DNA from: a candidate division WOR-3 bacterium
GTDB taxonomy: Bacteria; Hydrothermota; Tepidihabitantia; SM23-42; JAOAFX01
DNA: 37,334 nt
Reading direction: 5' to 3'
NCBI GenBank assembly: GCA_037444665.1
Contig: JBBILZ010000022.1
Coordinates: forward strand, 1 to 37,334
The notes below the pieces were generated by a model, which ran no database searches, was not told the origin of the DNA, and saw only the letters and a list, made by a program, of their open reading frames with translations. The position numbers and the translations under genes were made by a program. Position 1 is the stretch's first letter. The number at the start of each line of letters is the position of its first letter. Positions 36,354-37,334 of this stretch are shown here, one piece after another.

Positions 36354-37334
36354 ATGAAAGTTTTAATAATGCTGGCGACTTTATTCAGTGGGTTCAATGA
36401 GAGGTGGTATATACCTTATGGTACGATAGCATCGGCTGGTAGAATTTTGGTTTATGATTCAGATTGCGATGAGAAAATAGAATTAATATTTCGGCGTTAC
36501 ATACCAAATTCTTTGGGTGTATATTTTGCAGAATTTCTTCCTCCTGATTCCTGGGATATATATGAGAGTATTTATGTTGATAGTGTGCTGGTCTGGGATA
36601 TAGGTGACTTTGATAATGATGGTCTTTCAGACCTCGTAACTTACGGTGATGCGTCAGGAGGTCAAGGGGTACCTATACCGATAATATCAATCTATGAATC
36701 CCCTGATTCCTTTTCCTATCCCACCCAGGAAGTATGGCGGGATACGGTGGGGCAAGGCGGAGTCATTCCTATAGTTACCTTTGATGTAGACAGAGATGGA
36801 ATACCAGAAATTTTTAAAAACGATTGTGTTCAACCCAATTGGGTGTGGGTATATGAAGCCTCTGGAGACAATCATTATGATACCATCTACAGTTTTAGTC
36901 CAATGACAGATACTTTTCCTCAAGACCCTAACTCCACCTATGCCTTTGGTGATTTTGATAGTGATGGATTAATTGAATTTGTGATGGGTGATTTAAGTGG
37001 TGCTCCATATGGGGCTGATTATTGGGTATTTGAAAGTCCAAGAAACAATGTCTATGAACAAATTTCCCAGGGTTATGTCAGCACCGTTAACATCAAGGAC
37101 TGCTTCTCTGTCCCTGATGCGGATGGTGATGGCAAACCTGAGTTTGTTTTAAAGGGTTTTAGAATCCTCAGTGCCTTGATTGATGTCTTTATCTTTGAGG
37201 CAATCGCTGATAACACCTATGAGATAATCAAGACCTTTACCCTGCCTGGTGGTGATTATTATGGTGGTTATTCAGAGACAGGTGATGTTGATGGTGATGG
37301 TGTGCCTGAGATTGTGCTTGAGGCAAGGCAGAAT
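36354..37334 (+). CDS. FG-GAP/VCBS repeat protein (partial, runs off the window; not in ORF track)
   Basis: SD GGAGGT; open frame MKVLIMLATLFSGFNERWYIPY... with GDFDNDGLSDL, DVDRDGIPEI, GDFDSDGLIEF, DADGDGKPEF and GDVDGDGVPEI. Confidence 0.9.
   Translation, partial: MKVLIMLATLFSGFNERWYIPYGTIASAGRILVYDSDCDEKIELIFRRYIPNSLGVYFAEFLPPDSWDIYESIYVDSVLVWDIGDFDNDGLSDLVTYGDASGGQGVPIPIISIYESPDSFSYPTQEVWRDTVGQGGVIPIVTFDVDRDGIPEIFKNDCVQPNWVWVYEASGDNHYDTIYSFSPMTDTFPQDPNSTYAFGDFDSDGLIEFVMGDLSGAPYGADYWVFESPRNNVYEQISQGYVSTVNIKDCFSVPDADGDGKPEFVLKGFRILSALIDVFIFEAIADNTYEIIKTFTLPGGDYYGGYSETGDVDGDGVPEIVLEARQN

Noticed and set aside
1..37334. Genome-wide stop-codon reassignment (TGA or TAG)
   Set aside because: Several genes end at TGA (5573, 7486, 12732, 15680, 32948) or TAG (27565, 29721, 36300) at the expected family C-terminus.

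Overview
AT-rich (roughly one-third GC) bacterial chromosome segment. The gene content (FG-GAP and C-terminal sorting-type surface proteins, PorV-like barrel, GWxTD lipoprotein, GT-C transferases) suggests a diderm FCB-related lineage such as WOR-3, which is an inference only. It holds about 27 coding regions, including two sensor kinases, a Na/Pi symporter, TldE/PmbA, a UbiA-type DPPR synthase, ClpC, PdxB, homoserine dehydrogenase, glycerate kinase and dehydrogenase, a GlgD-like/GlgC pair, prolyl oligopeptidase and an M23 peptidase, plus tRNA-Gly(GCC). Signals the ORF track misses: (1) a GIY-YIG gene bracketed by the tRNA-Gly and a copy of its 3' end, with two TCC(C)G..CGGGA palindromes inserted in the copy's T-loop; (2) 15 sigma70-like promoters that all have a 16-bp spacer, 9 of them apparently leaderless; (3) an in-frame TGA splitting a beta-propeller histidine kinase; (4) a PorV-OmpA signal peptide with no canonical start codon, in frame with the upstream TAG; (5) a G5-tract frameshift in a secreted protein gene; (6) a decayed copy of the GWxTD gene's 5' end beside a perfect 36-bp palindrome; (7) clusters of REP-like hairpins.
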